Source of the DNA: Candidatus Heimdallarchaeota archaeon
Lineage (GTDB): Archaea; Asgardarchaeota; Heimdallarchaeia; JABLTI01
Reading direction: 5' to 3'
Length of the DNA: 60,251 bases
NCBI GenBank assembly: GCA_019058275.1
Contig: JAHLVW010000051.1
Coordinates: forward strand, 1 to 60,251
A program made the translations under genes and the position numbers. The notes beneath the pieces were generated by a model. That model saw only the letters and a program-made list of their open reading frames with translations. It was not told the DNA's origin and did no database searches. This document shows positions 30,484-40,563 of the stretch, in pieces; within the stretch, counting starts at the first letter, position 1, and the number at the start of each line of letters is the position of its first letter.

Positions 30484-33417
30484 ATGGAATTCTTTAAAAG
30501 AGAGATTGATACGTACTATTTAGTAATCGAGAGGATAGAGGAAGGGATTACTATTAGTGATAAAGAGATGAATGCTAAATCAAGCTATGCTTTTAAATCA
30601 ATATTCAAGATTTTCTTCAAAACAGGTCGAAAGAGAATACTAATTACAATTATTACTGGAGTAATACTATTCTTAGCTCTAACCACTTTTTTTGTTTCTT
30701 GGGTAACTTATCGATACAATTCATTCTATTCATTTATTGAAACTAAAGATTGGTTAGATGATAATAGACTCAGTTACGCAACTCAAACATCGAAATATGG
30801 TGAACTAGAAATAGATCAGAATTTTATGGATACTCAAGTAAGTTATGTACAAACAAGATTAAACCATATAATATCAGGGATAGGTGAAAAATATACTACC
30901 GCAGTATCATTACAATTTCGGTATTATGAATTTAATGAAACGGATACGTTAAATATCAAATTTATGGCATTTGACAATTCGACTGAGAATATTCTTGAAG
31001 ATAGTCTTGTCGAAGGTCGTTTACCAGTTTTTTCTAATGAAGTATTATTCTATAGAAAAAATGGTTCAATACCAATTACTTTAAATGATGATATAACTTT
31101 AGGACATAATTCAAGCGCTACATCATTTGTTAATAATTACACTGTTATTGGTATCGTTGAAAATGTTGACAGTGCATTTTACCAAAATAACAGATCTAGT
31201 GACATTCTTGATGACTATGAGCCGCATTATGCTGATTATCGAAAATTTATTTTATATGATGACATTCTTATTACAAAATACGATCTCTTTTTAGAAACAG
31301 CAAATAGCTATTCAGGTTATACAGGAAAATTATCATTTTATATTGATTTTGACTATGAATTCAAAACGGTACATATTCGAAACATTCAGAGATATATTCA
31401 ACAATTTCAAGATGATCAAATATTTCCTTATTCTTATGGCTTTTGTTTCGATGCATATGTTGCACTACTGAACTTTCGTTGGACTTGGGAAGAAGAAACA
31501 ATGAGTATCTTTGCATCAGGCATTCCCTTTTTATTGATTTTTGGATTGGTTTCTATAGAGCTTTTCAAAATTGGGGATTATGAATTAGAATCTAAATTTA
31601 AATTAATGAAGATTCAAGGAATGGAGTACAAGGCAATTAAAAAGATGATTCTATTAGAGAATTTCATTATCGGAGCAATTTCTCTTCTTGTAGGATCGTT
31701 GTTAGGTTTCTTAATAGGTTACTTTATCTTTTTAGGCATGGGCAATTATGTCTTCAATGATTTTATAATGTCATTAGGTGAACCTATTATTTTCGCAGCA
31801 CTGATTATTTTATTCATACTCTTCTTTGTAGGTGGTTATATAATAGAAAACATCTTAGCAAAAAGAACTGCAAAATCAACATCCATGAGGTATAAGGAAA
31901 GAAGGAAAAGAATTTTCAGACGTATAATTACTGCTCAGGAGTTTTTAATTTCCTTGCCTGGAATTGGATTTATTGCTATTGGTCTTACAGGAATGGTTAT
32001 AATTAGTTCATTCTTTTATAATCCAATATTGGAAACTATTAAGTTTCAATTAGAATTAATCTTCTGGTTTTTAACAGGAATTGGATTTATCTTTTTATCT
32101 GCATCAGTTTTTCTATTGTTGACCAGAATTGTTGCTTTTATTTGGGCTAAAATCGGTAAAAGGATTTGGAAGAGAACTAAAAGTTTCCTTACTTTATCTT
32201 TGAAACATATTTCAATCTACAACAAAGACTTTCAACGAGTTATATTAGCTTCCTTTATTGTTGGCTTAGGTATCACGCCAGGGTTGGTTCTAAATAAATC
32301 AGTTAAGGAACACATACCCATTGAATCAAATCTTAGTGTTTGCTATTCAGATATAATAATAACAGATTGGAATAACTATACAAGACAATTCAGAGAGAAT
32401 ATAACAAAAATCGATGGTATAGCAAAAGTAACAGAATTCAATATTTACGAACTGTCAAAGTATGATTTAATAAGATCTCAGCTTGGTAGAGAAAAGAGTT
32501 ATGATATTAGTCTGGTTAGTATTGAAAACATAAATGATTTTTTGCAAATATTGGATTCAAAGCTATTTGAGGATGCAAGTTTTACAGAAGAAGATATTAT
32601 TGAATTAAGTAACAATATGACATATCTAATGGATGCCAAATATGCAAAGGAAAACAACTATGACAAGGATGAAATCTTTGTTACTTCAATGATTAGTTCT
32701 GATTACAATGGTTATTATGAAATGACATATGTCAATTCATTTGATATATTTCCATTGCTATACAGATACGATGTTAATTACTTCTATAAATGGTATGAGC
32801 GATTTGCTTTAGTCACGAGTGAATTAACTGCTTCACAGATACTAAATCATACAAAATCCGATACATATGTTTATTCAGATATGAATTTATTAATTAAAAC
32901 ATCAAGCAACGCTAATATAACAAAAATCCGAGATGAACTCTATAGAGACTACGGATTGAACACAAAAATAAGCTCGGAAACAACCGAGGAGATAAATGCA
33001 GATTTAAGTATCTATTGCATTTACTTTTTTTTAGTGGGAGCAATAATTTCCATTATAGCCACAGCATTCTTTGGTTTTATAACAGCACGAAATATATACT
33101 ATCGAAGGTTACGGATAATCGAATCAGAATATCAAATTGGTGCGAAAAGAAATCAAATCTGGGGTGGATTTACTTTAGAATTAATTTTCATAATTCTAAT
33201 ACCAATTATGCTTTCTTTTGGATTAACAATTCCATTGCTAAATTATGTTAGTGGGTTTATCATTAACATGCAACAAAGCTACATTAAATTCAAACCTTGG
33301 TTACCATGGTGGTTTGTAATTATTCTTATTCTTGTAATTTGCGCCACGATTACAAGCGGATGGCTTGTAGAAATAATTATCCTAATGAGGAGATATCGAC
33401 CTATTAAGCAGGAGTGA
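30484..33417 (+). CDS. ABC transporter permease, FtsX/MacB-like (duplicated)
   Basis: Two TM clusters with large extracellular loops; KLMKIQGM and EYQIGAKR coupling motifs; overlaps ATPase gene. Confidence 0.8.
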   Translation: MEFFKREIDTYYLVIERIEEGITISDKEMNAKSSYAFKSIFKIFFKTGRKRILITIITGVILFLALTTFFVSWVTYRYNSFYSFIETKDWLDDNRLSYATQTSKYGELEIDQNFMDTQVSYVQTRLNHIISGIGEKYTTAVSLQFRYYEFNETDTLNIKFMAFDNSTENILEDSLVEGRLPVFSNEVLFYRKNGSIPITLNDDITLGHNSSATSFVNNYTVIGIVENVDSAFYQNNRSSDILDDYEPHYADYRKFILYDDILITKYDLFLETANSYSGYTGKLSFYIDFDYEFKTVHIRNIQRYIQQFQDDQIFPYSYGFCFDAYVALLNFRWTWEEETMSIFASGIPFLLIFGLVSIELFKIGDYELESKFKLMKIQGMEYKAIKKMILLENFIIGAISLLVGSLLGFLIGYFIFLGMGNYVFNDFIMSLGEPIIFAALIILFILFFVGGYIIENILAKRTAKSTSMRYKERRKRIFRRIITAQEFLISLPGIGFIAIGLTGMVIISSFFYNPILETIKFQLELIFWFLTGIGFIFLSASVFLLLTRIVAFIWAKIGKRIWKRTKSFLTLSLKHISIYNKDFQRVILASFIVGLGITPGLVLNKSVKEHIPIESNLSVCYSDIIITDWNNYTRQFRENITKIDGIAKVTEFNIYELSKYDLIRSQLGREKSYDISLVSIENINDFLQILDSKLFEDASFTEEDIIELSNNMTYLMDAKYAKENNYDKDEIFVTSMISSDYNGYYEMTYVNSFDIFPLLYRYDVNYFYKWYERFALVTSELTASQILNHTKSDTYVYSDMNLLIKTSSNANITKIRDELYRDYGLNTKISSETTEEINADLSIYCIYFFLVGAIISIIATAFFGFITARNIYYRRLRIIESEYQIGAKRNQIWGGFTLELIFIILIPIMLSFGLTIPLLNYVSGFIINMQQSYIKFKPWLPWWFVIILILVICATITSGWLVEIIILMRRYRPIKQE

Positions 33418-35078
33418 AAAAAATGATTGTATGTAAAGATCTAATAAAAATATTCACCGATGAAGAAACGAAAACGAGAATTCCTGCATTAAGAGGTTGT
33501 GATTTAAGAGTAAATAAAGGAGAAATCATAACAATTGTTGGACCTAGTGGATCTGGTAAAACTACACTTGTAAACATACTATCAGGATTAGAAACAACTT
33601 CTAGTGGAGAAGTTAAGGTAGCAGAATATGACATAGGAACTATGACAGAAACTGAATTGAACAATTACCGTTTAACCATGATTGGTATTGTTGATCAATT
33701 TCCTGAAAGAACACTATTCTTAGATGGAACAGTAATTGATAATCTCAACTTTACAAGCAATTTGCTAATCAGAAGGAAGCGCAAGTATCTAGAAGATAAT
33801 AGAGAAATACTTGAAAAACTGGGTATTTTGCATTTGGAAAACAGATTAGTCAGACACTTGTCTGGTGGTGAAATGATCAGAACAGCAATCGCTAGTGCCT
33901 TAGCTAAGAATGTTCCGGTACTTCTCTGTGACGAACCTACTGGTCAATTGGATAGTGAAAATACTGCAAAAGTAAAGACTACATTGAAACAAATAACTCG
34001 AGATTTTGGAGTAACAGTACTAGTAGTAACTCATGATCCTAGATTTCAAGAAGATGTTGATAAAACATGTGAGATAAGGGATGGAAGAGTTTCGACCATT
34101 TTAGGAGTAGAAGAGCAGTTAGCTTTTAGCGGAAAAACAGATTTTCCATTGAAATTTAAGAGTCAAATAGATTCCACTAGTAGCACACGAATACCTGATT
34201 TAATATTAAAAACACTAAAACTAGAAGATAATGTTACATTTGAAATGGCTGAGGATGCAGAAGTAAAAATCAAACACCCAGACAACATCAAACCAGGAAA
34301 ATTGATTATTGAAGATATTAAAGTGCGACGAAAGGAGTTAGTTTTGGATCCAATACCCAAGAAATATTACTCAAAAGCAGAGGTAGTTATTGATTTAGCA
34401 AATGTATCAAAGATATATGAAAGCAATGGTGGAGTTGTAAGAGCATTATCAGATGTCAACTTGCAAATCTACAAAGGAGAATTAATCTTTATACTTGGTC
34501 CGAGCGGATCAGGAAAAACTACCTTAATCAAGTTAATCTCTGGATTAGAGGGGCGCACCGAAGGTACCATTAAAACATTTGATAGAATTTTCAGTGACCT
34601 TAGTGACTCAGAAAAAGCTGATTATAGACGAGAAAATATGGGTATGGTTTCACAACAAGGTAATCTTCATCCATTCTTAACAATAGATGAGCATTTCTAT
34701 CTGAAAGAAATCTTTTCAGGAAAGAGAATTAAAGCTAACACTTACGATGAGAAAGTTTCTGATCTTCTCAACAAATTTGATATTGAACATCGAAAAGATG
34801 CATTTCCACTAGAGATTTCCGGTGGGGAATTGCAAAGAGCTTCTTTAGCAATAGCTAACAATGACTTTCCACCAATAATCATTTTAGATGAACCAACAGC
34901 AAACCTTGATTCTGAGTTAGCTGAACAAACAATGGAGCAAATCTTTGAATTTCATAAGACAACTGATATCACATTTTTAATAGCAACACATGATATTACA
35001 CTTATCAAAGATGGCATGAGAGCTATCGAACTTGTAGATGGGAAAATAAATAGAGATGGTCTTGTGGTTACAAAATAA
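33414..35078 (+). CDS. ABC transporter ATP-binding protein with two NBDs
   Basis: Two GPSGSGKT, LSGGE/ISGGE, DEPT, THD motifs. Confidence 0.92.
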   Translation: MKKMIVCKDLIKIFTDEETKTRIPALRGCDLRVNKGEIITIVGPSGSGKTTLVNILSGLETTSSGEVKVAEYDIGTMTETELNNYRLTMIGIVDQFPERTLFLDGTVIDNLNFTSNLLIRRKRKYLEDNREILEKLGILHLENRLVRHLSGGEMIRTAIASALAKNVPVLLCDEPTGQLDSENTAKVKTTLKQITRDFGVTVLVVTHDPRFQEDVDKTCEIRDGRVSTILGVEEQLAFSGKTDFPLKFKSQIDSTSSTRIPDLILKTLKLEDNVTFEMAEDAEVKIKHPDNIKPGKLIIEDIKVRRKELVLDPIPKKYYSKAEVVIDLANVSKIYESNGGVVRALSDVNLQIYKGELIFILGPSGSGKTTLIKLISGLEGRTEGTIKTFDRIFSDLSDSEKADYRRENMGMVSQQGNLHPFLTIDEHFYLKEIFSGKRIKANTYDEKVSDLLNKFDIEHRKDAFPLEISGGELQRASLAIANNDFPPIIILDEPTANLDSELAEQTMEQIFEFHKTTDITFLIATHDITLIKDGMRAIELVDGKINRDGLVVTK

Positions 35079-35329
35079 GACCATTTACTTCAATTTTTTA
35101 AGCAAGTTCTTTTTCTTCGGTTAGTATATAAGATTCTGGTGTTTCTATTCCTTCTTCAACCATAAGATGATGAATATACTAGGAAAAACTGCTAGTATCA
35201 AGAATAGACTAACAAATTGCATAAAATATTCATAGCCACCCAAGCTTTTTTGGTTAATTTTCCGTAACTTTAAGTATTTTGTAGAAATGTTTAGAACTGA
35301 TTATAGTTAAGTCATTTTTGTAAAATTCC

Positions 35330-36373
35330 TTGATGTTGAGTGTTATGACAAGCAACGAAGTAACAGTATTGTTCATTTGGGAGGTCAGAGATGAGTTATG
35401 TGAATATTTAACAAAGGGATTAAGTAATATTCAAAATGTCAAATTGATTTTTCCAGAAAACACTGATCAAAAGACCTATCTCAAATATGCACCTGAAGTG
35501 GACATTATCGTTGGTTGGCGACCAACAGAAGAATTACTAGATACTGCAAAAAAACTCTCACTTTTTATCAATCCTGGTGTGGGGATTCAAGGAATTATTG
35601 ACCTTTTCCAAGAAATAAACAAGGAAAGGAAAATTGTTCTTGTTAATGGTCATGGCAATACTTACTTTACTGCTCAACATGCAGTTGCACTCCTTTTAGC
35701 ATTAACAAACAAATTAATTCCGCACCACAATTGGATGAAGGATGGACAATGGCGAAAGGGCGATGCAGATGCAAAATCAACTCCATTAAAGGAGAGGGAA
35801 ATTGGATTACTTGGTTATGGTTCAATTAACACAAAAGTCCACAAGTTCCTTTCTGGGTTCAACGTCAATTTCCATATTTTGAAACGTGATTGGAAGAAAG
35901 AAAGGGTAAAAGCATTTCCTACTCCAATTACAAAGTATACTTCCAATGAATTACTTGAGTTCTTGAAAGCTATAGATATACTAATTGTAGCAATTCCTTC
36001 TACAACAAAAACTAGAGGGATGATTGGGAAAAAAGAACTAGAACTACTTGGTGCAAATGGATTATTAGTAACTGTTGCTCGAGGTGAAGTAATAGACGAA
36101 GAGAGTTTGTTTACTGCTCTGAAAACTAAGTCAATTGCTGGAGCAGGCATTGATGTTTGGTATAATTATCGTCCAGAACCGGATGAGCATGGATGTAAGT
36201 TTCCATCAAAATTCCCTTTTAATGAATTAGACAATGTTGTTTTATCCCCACATCGAGGAGCATCACCTATGAGCGATCTAAAACGATGGAATGAAGTAAT
36301 TGATAATATTAGTCGTTTTGCTCGAGGTGAAAAGAAGTTTCTTAATATGGTTGATCTCGAGGAAGAATACTAA
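35330..36373 (+). CDS. D-isomer-specific 2-hydroxyacid dehydrogenase family
   Basis: GLLGYGSI, VARGEVIDE, GIDVW, SPHRG. Confidence 0.85.
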   Translation: MMLSVMTSNEVTVLFIWEVRDELCEYLTKGLSNIQNVKLIFPENTDQKTYLKYAPEVDIIVGWRPTEELLDTAKKLSLFINPGVGIQGIIDLFQEINKERKIVLVNGHGNTYFTAQHAVALLLALTNKLIPHHNWMKDGQWRKGDADAKSTPLKEREIGLLGYGSINTKVHKFLSGFNVNFHILKRDWKKERVKAFPTPITKYTSNELLEFLKAIDILIVAIPSTTKTRGMIGKKELELLGANGLLVTVARGEVIDEESLFTALKTKSIAGAGIDVWYNYRPEPDEHGCKFPSKFPFNELDNVVLSPHRGASPMSDLKRWNEVIDNISRFARGEKKFLNMVDLEEEY

Positions 36374-36426
36374 ATAAATTAAATAAAAATGAGAAATAGA
36401 AAAGTAAGATTATTAAAAAAATCAGT

Positions 36427-37161
36427 TTATTCAGTCTTTTTAGCAGTAGTTTTCTTTGCTGTTGTAGTGGTCTTTTTAGTAGTAGCTTTCTTTTCTGTGG
36501 TAGTTGTAGTTTTCTTTGCAGCAGTTGTTTTCTTCTCTGCTGGTTTCTTTGTTGTTGCAGTTGTTTTCTTTGGTGCTGCAGCTGGTTCCTTTTTCTCTGT
36601 TTTTGCGGCTGGTTTTGCTGGAGCTTTAGGAGCTGGTTTTGGTGCAGGTTTTGTTACTAGCCTCTTTTTAGTGGTTGTTTTCTTAGGGGTGCCAGAAGCA
36701 CTACCAACTTTCTTTCTCTGTAAGGTTTGTCTTTTCTTCTTCTTAGCAGAAATAGCTCTTTTTTGAGTTTGTTCAACATCGATTTGAGTTGGAATTGCTG
36801 ATATGAAACCTACTTGACCAGGTCTGTTTGTAATAAGAGCATAACCTTTTTCGGTTCTAATTAACGCTCCTTTGGTCATGACTTTTCGTCTGGTAAATTC
36901 CTTGTTTGCGGGATTTGCTTCTACATCAAGAATTCGTACTTTTTCGGTTTTACCAGTATTAGGATCAGCTAAATTACAGTAATCTATACGATAAGCTCTA
37001 TATTTGCTATTGCCACCAAGAGTTCTGATTTTTTTTACTCTAGGTTCACCTATAATTGTTTGAGCTTCAGGTCTACCTAGTTCAGATTTACGCTTTTCAT
37101 GGTGCTTTTTTAGTCGTGCGCCTGATTTTGTTCTACGACTAAGGCCTTGCCAACGTGCCAT
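36427..37161 (-). CDS. rps8e: 30S ribosomal protein eS8 with long Lys/Thr/Ala/Pro-rich tail
   Basis: MARWQG..RRTKSG, KRKSELGR, RTLGGN, NPAN...RRKVMTKGA, ITNRPGQVG. Confidence 0.95.
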   Translation of the reverse strand: MARWQGLSRRTKSGARLKKHHEKRKSELGRPEAQTIIGEPRVKKIRTLGGNSKYRAYRIDYCNLADPNTGKTEKVRILDVEANPANKEFTRRKVMTKGALIRTEKGYALITNRPGQVGFISAIPTQIDVEQTQKRAISAKKKKRQTLQRKKVGSASGTPKKTTTKKRLVTKPAPKPAPKAPAKPAAKTEKKEPAAAPKKTTATTKKPAEKKTTAAKKTTTTTEKKATTKKTTTTAKKTTAKKTE

Positions 37162-37389
37162 ATTATTTCAACAACCACAATATTTCTTTATATTCTATGC
37201 TTTCGCACTCTGACTGACTTTAAAACCTTTACTATTGTTTTCAGTGAGTAATTATTTTCCTCATCCAATGATTGTTCACTAATTTTTGGACTAATTAGTT
37301 TTACTCAGTAATTTATCATAGATTACTTTTGTATAAAAAAATTTGTTCAAAATTGACCTAATGAAAAAAAAATCAGCAAATGGGAAGCC

Positions 37390-37418
37390 TTGGGATAGCT
37401 TGAAAGAAGTTATCCCAA
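37390..37418 (-). terminator. Stem-loop after 37423-37695
   Basis: TTGGGATAGCTT-GAAAG-AAGTTATCCCAA; T-run follows on the minus strand. Confidence 0.5.
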
Positions 37419-37422
37419 TGTT

Positions 37423-37695
37423 TTATTTATCATTAACATCTTGTTTTGAAGTTTCATAGATTCTTGAGGTATTATTATCCCTTATATGGGCAGCACTTCG
37501 AGCTAGCTGAGTTATTATCATTTGAATATCGGAAGCATCCGCATCCTCCGGCCAATCGTCTTCATCAGACATATCAGCAATTGCTTTTAGGATCCCATAT
37601 TCAATCTCCTTTTGCTCAGTTTTGGAAGAACGAGAGTTATCCTGTTTATTTGTAATAGTCATAATTGCCAACCTTTCTTGCAATTTGGGCTTCAA
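37423..37695 (-). CDS. Small hypothetical protein
   Basis: Open frame with protein-like composition and a hairpin just past the stop. Confidence 0.5.
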   Translation of the reverse strand: MKPKLQERLAIMTITNKQDNSRSSKTEQKEIEYGILKAIADMSDEDDWPEDADASDIQMIITQLARSAAHIRDNNTSRIYETSKQDVNDK

Positions 37696-37821
37696 TACCT
37701 ATTCCATCTTTTAACACTAAAATAGTGCCTAATACCAAGATATCCCGTAAATGACATTAAGGGGAAGCGAATGACTTTTTATTAGGTTGTGACAATAAAC
37801 TTCTATAGATAAGAAAAATCT

Positions 37822-38214
37822 ATGAACACATCAGGTGTTGATAATATGTCAAATAAGAAAACAAGCAATCCCTCTCTTATAAAACTAGCAGAAAATCTCT
37901 CTAAAGGGAACAAAAAAGGAGCATTATCAGCAATCAGATTTAGATTGAGTAGCTCTTTTGCTAACTATTATCAACATATAGTCTGGAAAGGATGGGAAAG
38001 AGCATTGAATCGAGATGAGCCCAATGCATTAATCTTTCAACTTCTAAATGGTCTTGCTTACAATGATGCAAAAAGAACATTTCAAGATCTCAAAAAGAAG
38101 AAGGCTGAAATCCTAATTCGAGACCATACACAAACAGACTTATCCAAACATTACATCTCTAGTTGGGTTTCTTTACTTGAAATTTATTGTGATATTCATC
38201 AAGAAAAACAATAA
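37822..38214 (+). CDS. Hypothetical protein
   Basis: 130-aa ORF, no recognised motif. Confidence 0.55.
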   Translation: MNTSGVDNMSNKKTSNPSLIKLAENLSKGNKKGALSAIRFRLSSSFANYYQHIVWKGWERALNRDEPNALIFQLLNGLAYNDAKRTFQDLKKKKAEILIRDHTQTDLSKHYISSWVSLLEIYCDIHQEKQ

Positions 38215-38251
38215 TTTAACTGATTGTTCAATCTTTCATTGTATCTATTCG

Positions 38252-38349
38252 AAAAGTTCCACTAGAAATAAAGGTTAGTAAATTTTATATATGATGAGTA
38301 CGATATCAGATATGTAAAAGTTCCACTAGAAATGGTGGTCTTTCCACTA
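38252..38349 (+). promoter_or_regulatory. ORB (origin recognition box) elements upstream of cdc6
   Basis: AAAAGTTCCACTAGAAAT exact at 38252-38269 and 38316-38333, partial TTTCCACTA at 38341; matches the archaeal TTCCAnTnGAAA ORB core. Confidence 0.8.
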
Positions 38350-38423
38350 TTTACCGAATTATATAACTAAACTTCTATGCAAAATAGTGTATCAATAACA
38401 AATAGGAGACATGTAGAAAACAA

Positions 38424-39659
38424 ATGTCAGATCACCCATTAGACGCAATATTTGATAGATATATAACAAGTCCGAGCATATTCAAAAATCATGAAGTACT
38501 ACGACCCAGTCACATTCCTGATAAATTACCACATCGAGATTATGAAATACAATTTCTAGGAAAAGCTTTAGGAAGTGCACTAAGAAATAATAGACCAAGT
38601 AATATTTTCCTGTACGGTAAAACAGGAACAGGGAAAACGATAGTTTCTAAGTACGTTACTAAGTATCTACGTCAAAGGGCAGCATCAATTGGAAAGAATA
38701 TCATTGTGTCGCTTTTAAATTGTGTGGAAGTGGACACAGATTATCGGGTGCTAGCAAGATTATGTGGAGTAGTTGGAGAATCAGTACCCTTTACAGGATT
38801 ACCAACAGATGAGGTTTTTCAAAGATTCAAATCAAAATTGGACTCAAAGAAACAATTGCTTATAGTAGTAATTGATGAGCTTGACAAGTTGCATCATAAG
38901 AGTGGGGATAATGTCTTATATCAATTGACACGAATCAATTCGGATCTCAAAAAAGCTCAAGTCTCTTTAGTATGCATTACTAATGATCTTTCGTTTAAAG
39001 AAACTCTTGATCCAAGGGTAAGATCAAGTCTATCAGAAGAAGAATTAGTATTTAGACCATATAATGCGGGTCAGCTAGAAGACATTCTTAGCGAACGGGC
39101 AACAGAAGGATTTAATGATGGGGTATTAACAACAGGAGTAATTAGTTTATGTGCAGCACTTGCAGCTCAAGAGTGGGGTGATGCAAGAAGAGCTTTAGAC
39201 TTATTACGCGTTGCAGCAGAAATTGCTGAAAGAAATAGTGAAGAGAATGTCTCAGAAATTCACGTACGAAAAGCAACGAAGCAGATAGAGAAAAATACAA
39301 TTCAAGAAGTTTTGGTTTCTTTACCTGTTCAAACAAAAGTTGTTATGTGGTCAGTCTATGTCTTGGAAAAGAGCAAATTAAAGGTCATTACAACTGGCGA
39401 TATTTACAAGGTTTATCAAGAGCTTTGTAAAATTACTGCTTTAGACCCTATTACTCCCAGAAGGGTGAATTCGCTGCTAAATGAACTTTCTATGCTGGGA
39501 GTAGTCAATACTAAAGTTGTTAGTATGGGTCGTTATGGACGTACCACCAAAGTTTCTTTGTCCGTTTCACCTCGAGAGGTTCGTAACATTTTATGTGAGG
39601 ATTTCCATATCAAGAAAGTCTCTGACTTTTCTGCTGAACATTTACTAGAAACAAATTAG
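38424..39659 (+). CDS. cdc6: Orc1/Cdc6 replication initiator
   Basis: LPHRDYEI, YGKTGTGKT, IDELD, LDPRVRSSL, GDARRALDLLR, C-terminal WH GRYGRT. Confidence 0.96.
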   Translation: MSDHPLDAIFDRYITSPSIFKNHEVLRPSHIPDKLPHRDYEIQFLGKALGSALRNNRPSNIFLYGKTGTGKTIVSKYVTKYLRQRAASIGKNIIVSLLNCVEVDTDYRVLARLCGVVGESVPFTGLPTDEVFQRFKSKLDSKKQLLIVVIDELDKLHHKSGDNVLYQLTRINSDLKKAQVSLVCITNDLSFKETLDPRVRSSLSEEELVFRPYNAGQLEDILSERATEGFNDGVLTTGVISLCAALAAQEWGDARRALDLLRVAAEIAERNSEENVSEIHVRKATKQIEKNTIQEVLVSLPVQTKVVMWSVYVLEKSKLKVITTGDIYKVYQELCKITALDPITPRRVNSLLNELSMLGVVNTKVVSMGRYGRTTKVSLSVSPREVRNILCEDFHIKKVSDFSAEHLLETN

Positions 39660-39944
39660 GAATTTTTTTCCATCTTATCTTCATTAGCTTCCAATACTTT
39701 CGTTTATCTCCCCTACTAGAGCGCATATAATACTCCAATCATACCAACAAATTAGAACTTTCGTCTTAAACTGTAACATGCAACAAAAAAAACTGATGGA
39801 AAAAGAATATTAACTATAGATTAATCATGAACATATATGCTAAATTGATATTAGTGGTTAAGCAAAAATTAAATTAGCATGAATATTTGCTTTGATTGAC
39901 TCAAAAAGAGAAAGTTAAAGTATAATAAAGCAGGTGGATATTGT

Positions 39945-40508
39945 TTGAGTGAATTTGATCCCAACTTGGAATTACAAAGAATAGTCTTTGATTTTGAAGA
40001 AAAGCCAGTTCAAATTAAATGTCTAGTTGACAACCCAACAGTTCAAATTGGATATGGTTCTATCAAACTAATTAAAGGTTCAGAGTTTAATGTTCCCTTG
40101 TGGATTGCTAGAATTCTATCTGAACAAAAAGTAGCTGAAGTCAAGAACATGAAAACCTTTGATATTCCTTACATGCAAACAATTTTGTGGGATGAATCCA
40201 AGAGTCAAACTCCTATTGAACTTGATCCAGACTTTTATCCTGTTGTTTCTTTACAAATTGAAGAATTGTCTAAGAAAACTGATCCCTATGCCTTACGAGA
40301 CAGAGAGCGAATGGAAGCTCTTCTTAAGGATATCATATCCAAGCGCAGGTTCAAAATTATCAAACTTTCACAAAAAGCTGGCAATCCATCTCCTTTCATT
40401 AAACACTTAGCTCCAGAAGAACTCTGGCTATTCAAGACATTACGTGATCAACTCCAAGAGTGGGAATCCTCTCTAGTTGATTGTACCAAAACTAATCCAT
40501 GTTTTTGA
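39945..40508 (+). CDS. GINS subunit (Gins23/Psf2-Psf3 type)
   Basis: N-terminal B-domain VPLWIARIL; LDPDFY; KRRFKII; LAPEE; directly upstream of mcm. Confidence 0.8.
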   Translation: MSEFDPNLELQRIVFDFEEKPVQIKCLVDNPTVQIGYGSIKLIKGSEFNVPLWIARILSEQKVAEVKNMKTFDIPYMQTILWDESKSQTPIELDPDFYPVVSLQIEELSKKTDPYALRDRERMEALLKDIISKRRFKIIKLSQKAGNPSPFIKHLAPEELWLFKTLRDQLQEWESSLVDCTKTNPCF

Positions 40509-40563
40509 TAAGTTGCTATTCATAGTCTAAAGAGGGTTAAATTAAAAAAAATAAAGAAGCTTA

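Noticed and set aside
35080-35300. Minus-strand membrane-protein-like fragment
   Set aside because: Frameshifted and too short to support a call
36389-36766. 125-aa hydrophobic plus-strand ORF
   Set aside because: Antisense shadow of the low-complexity eS8 tail
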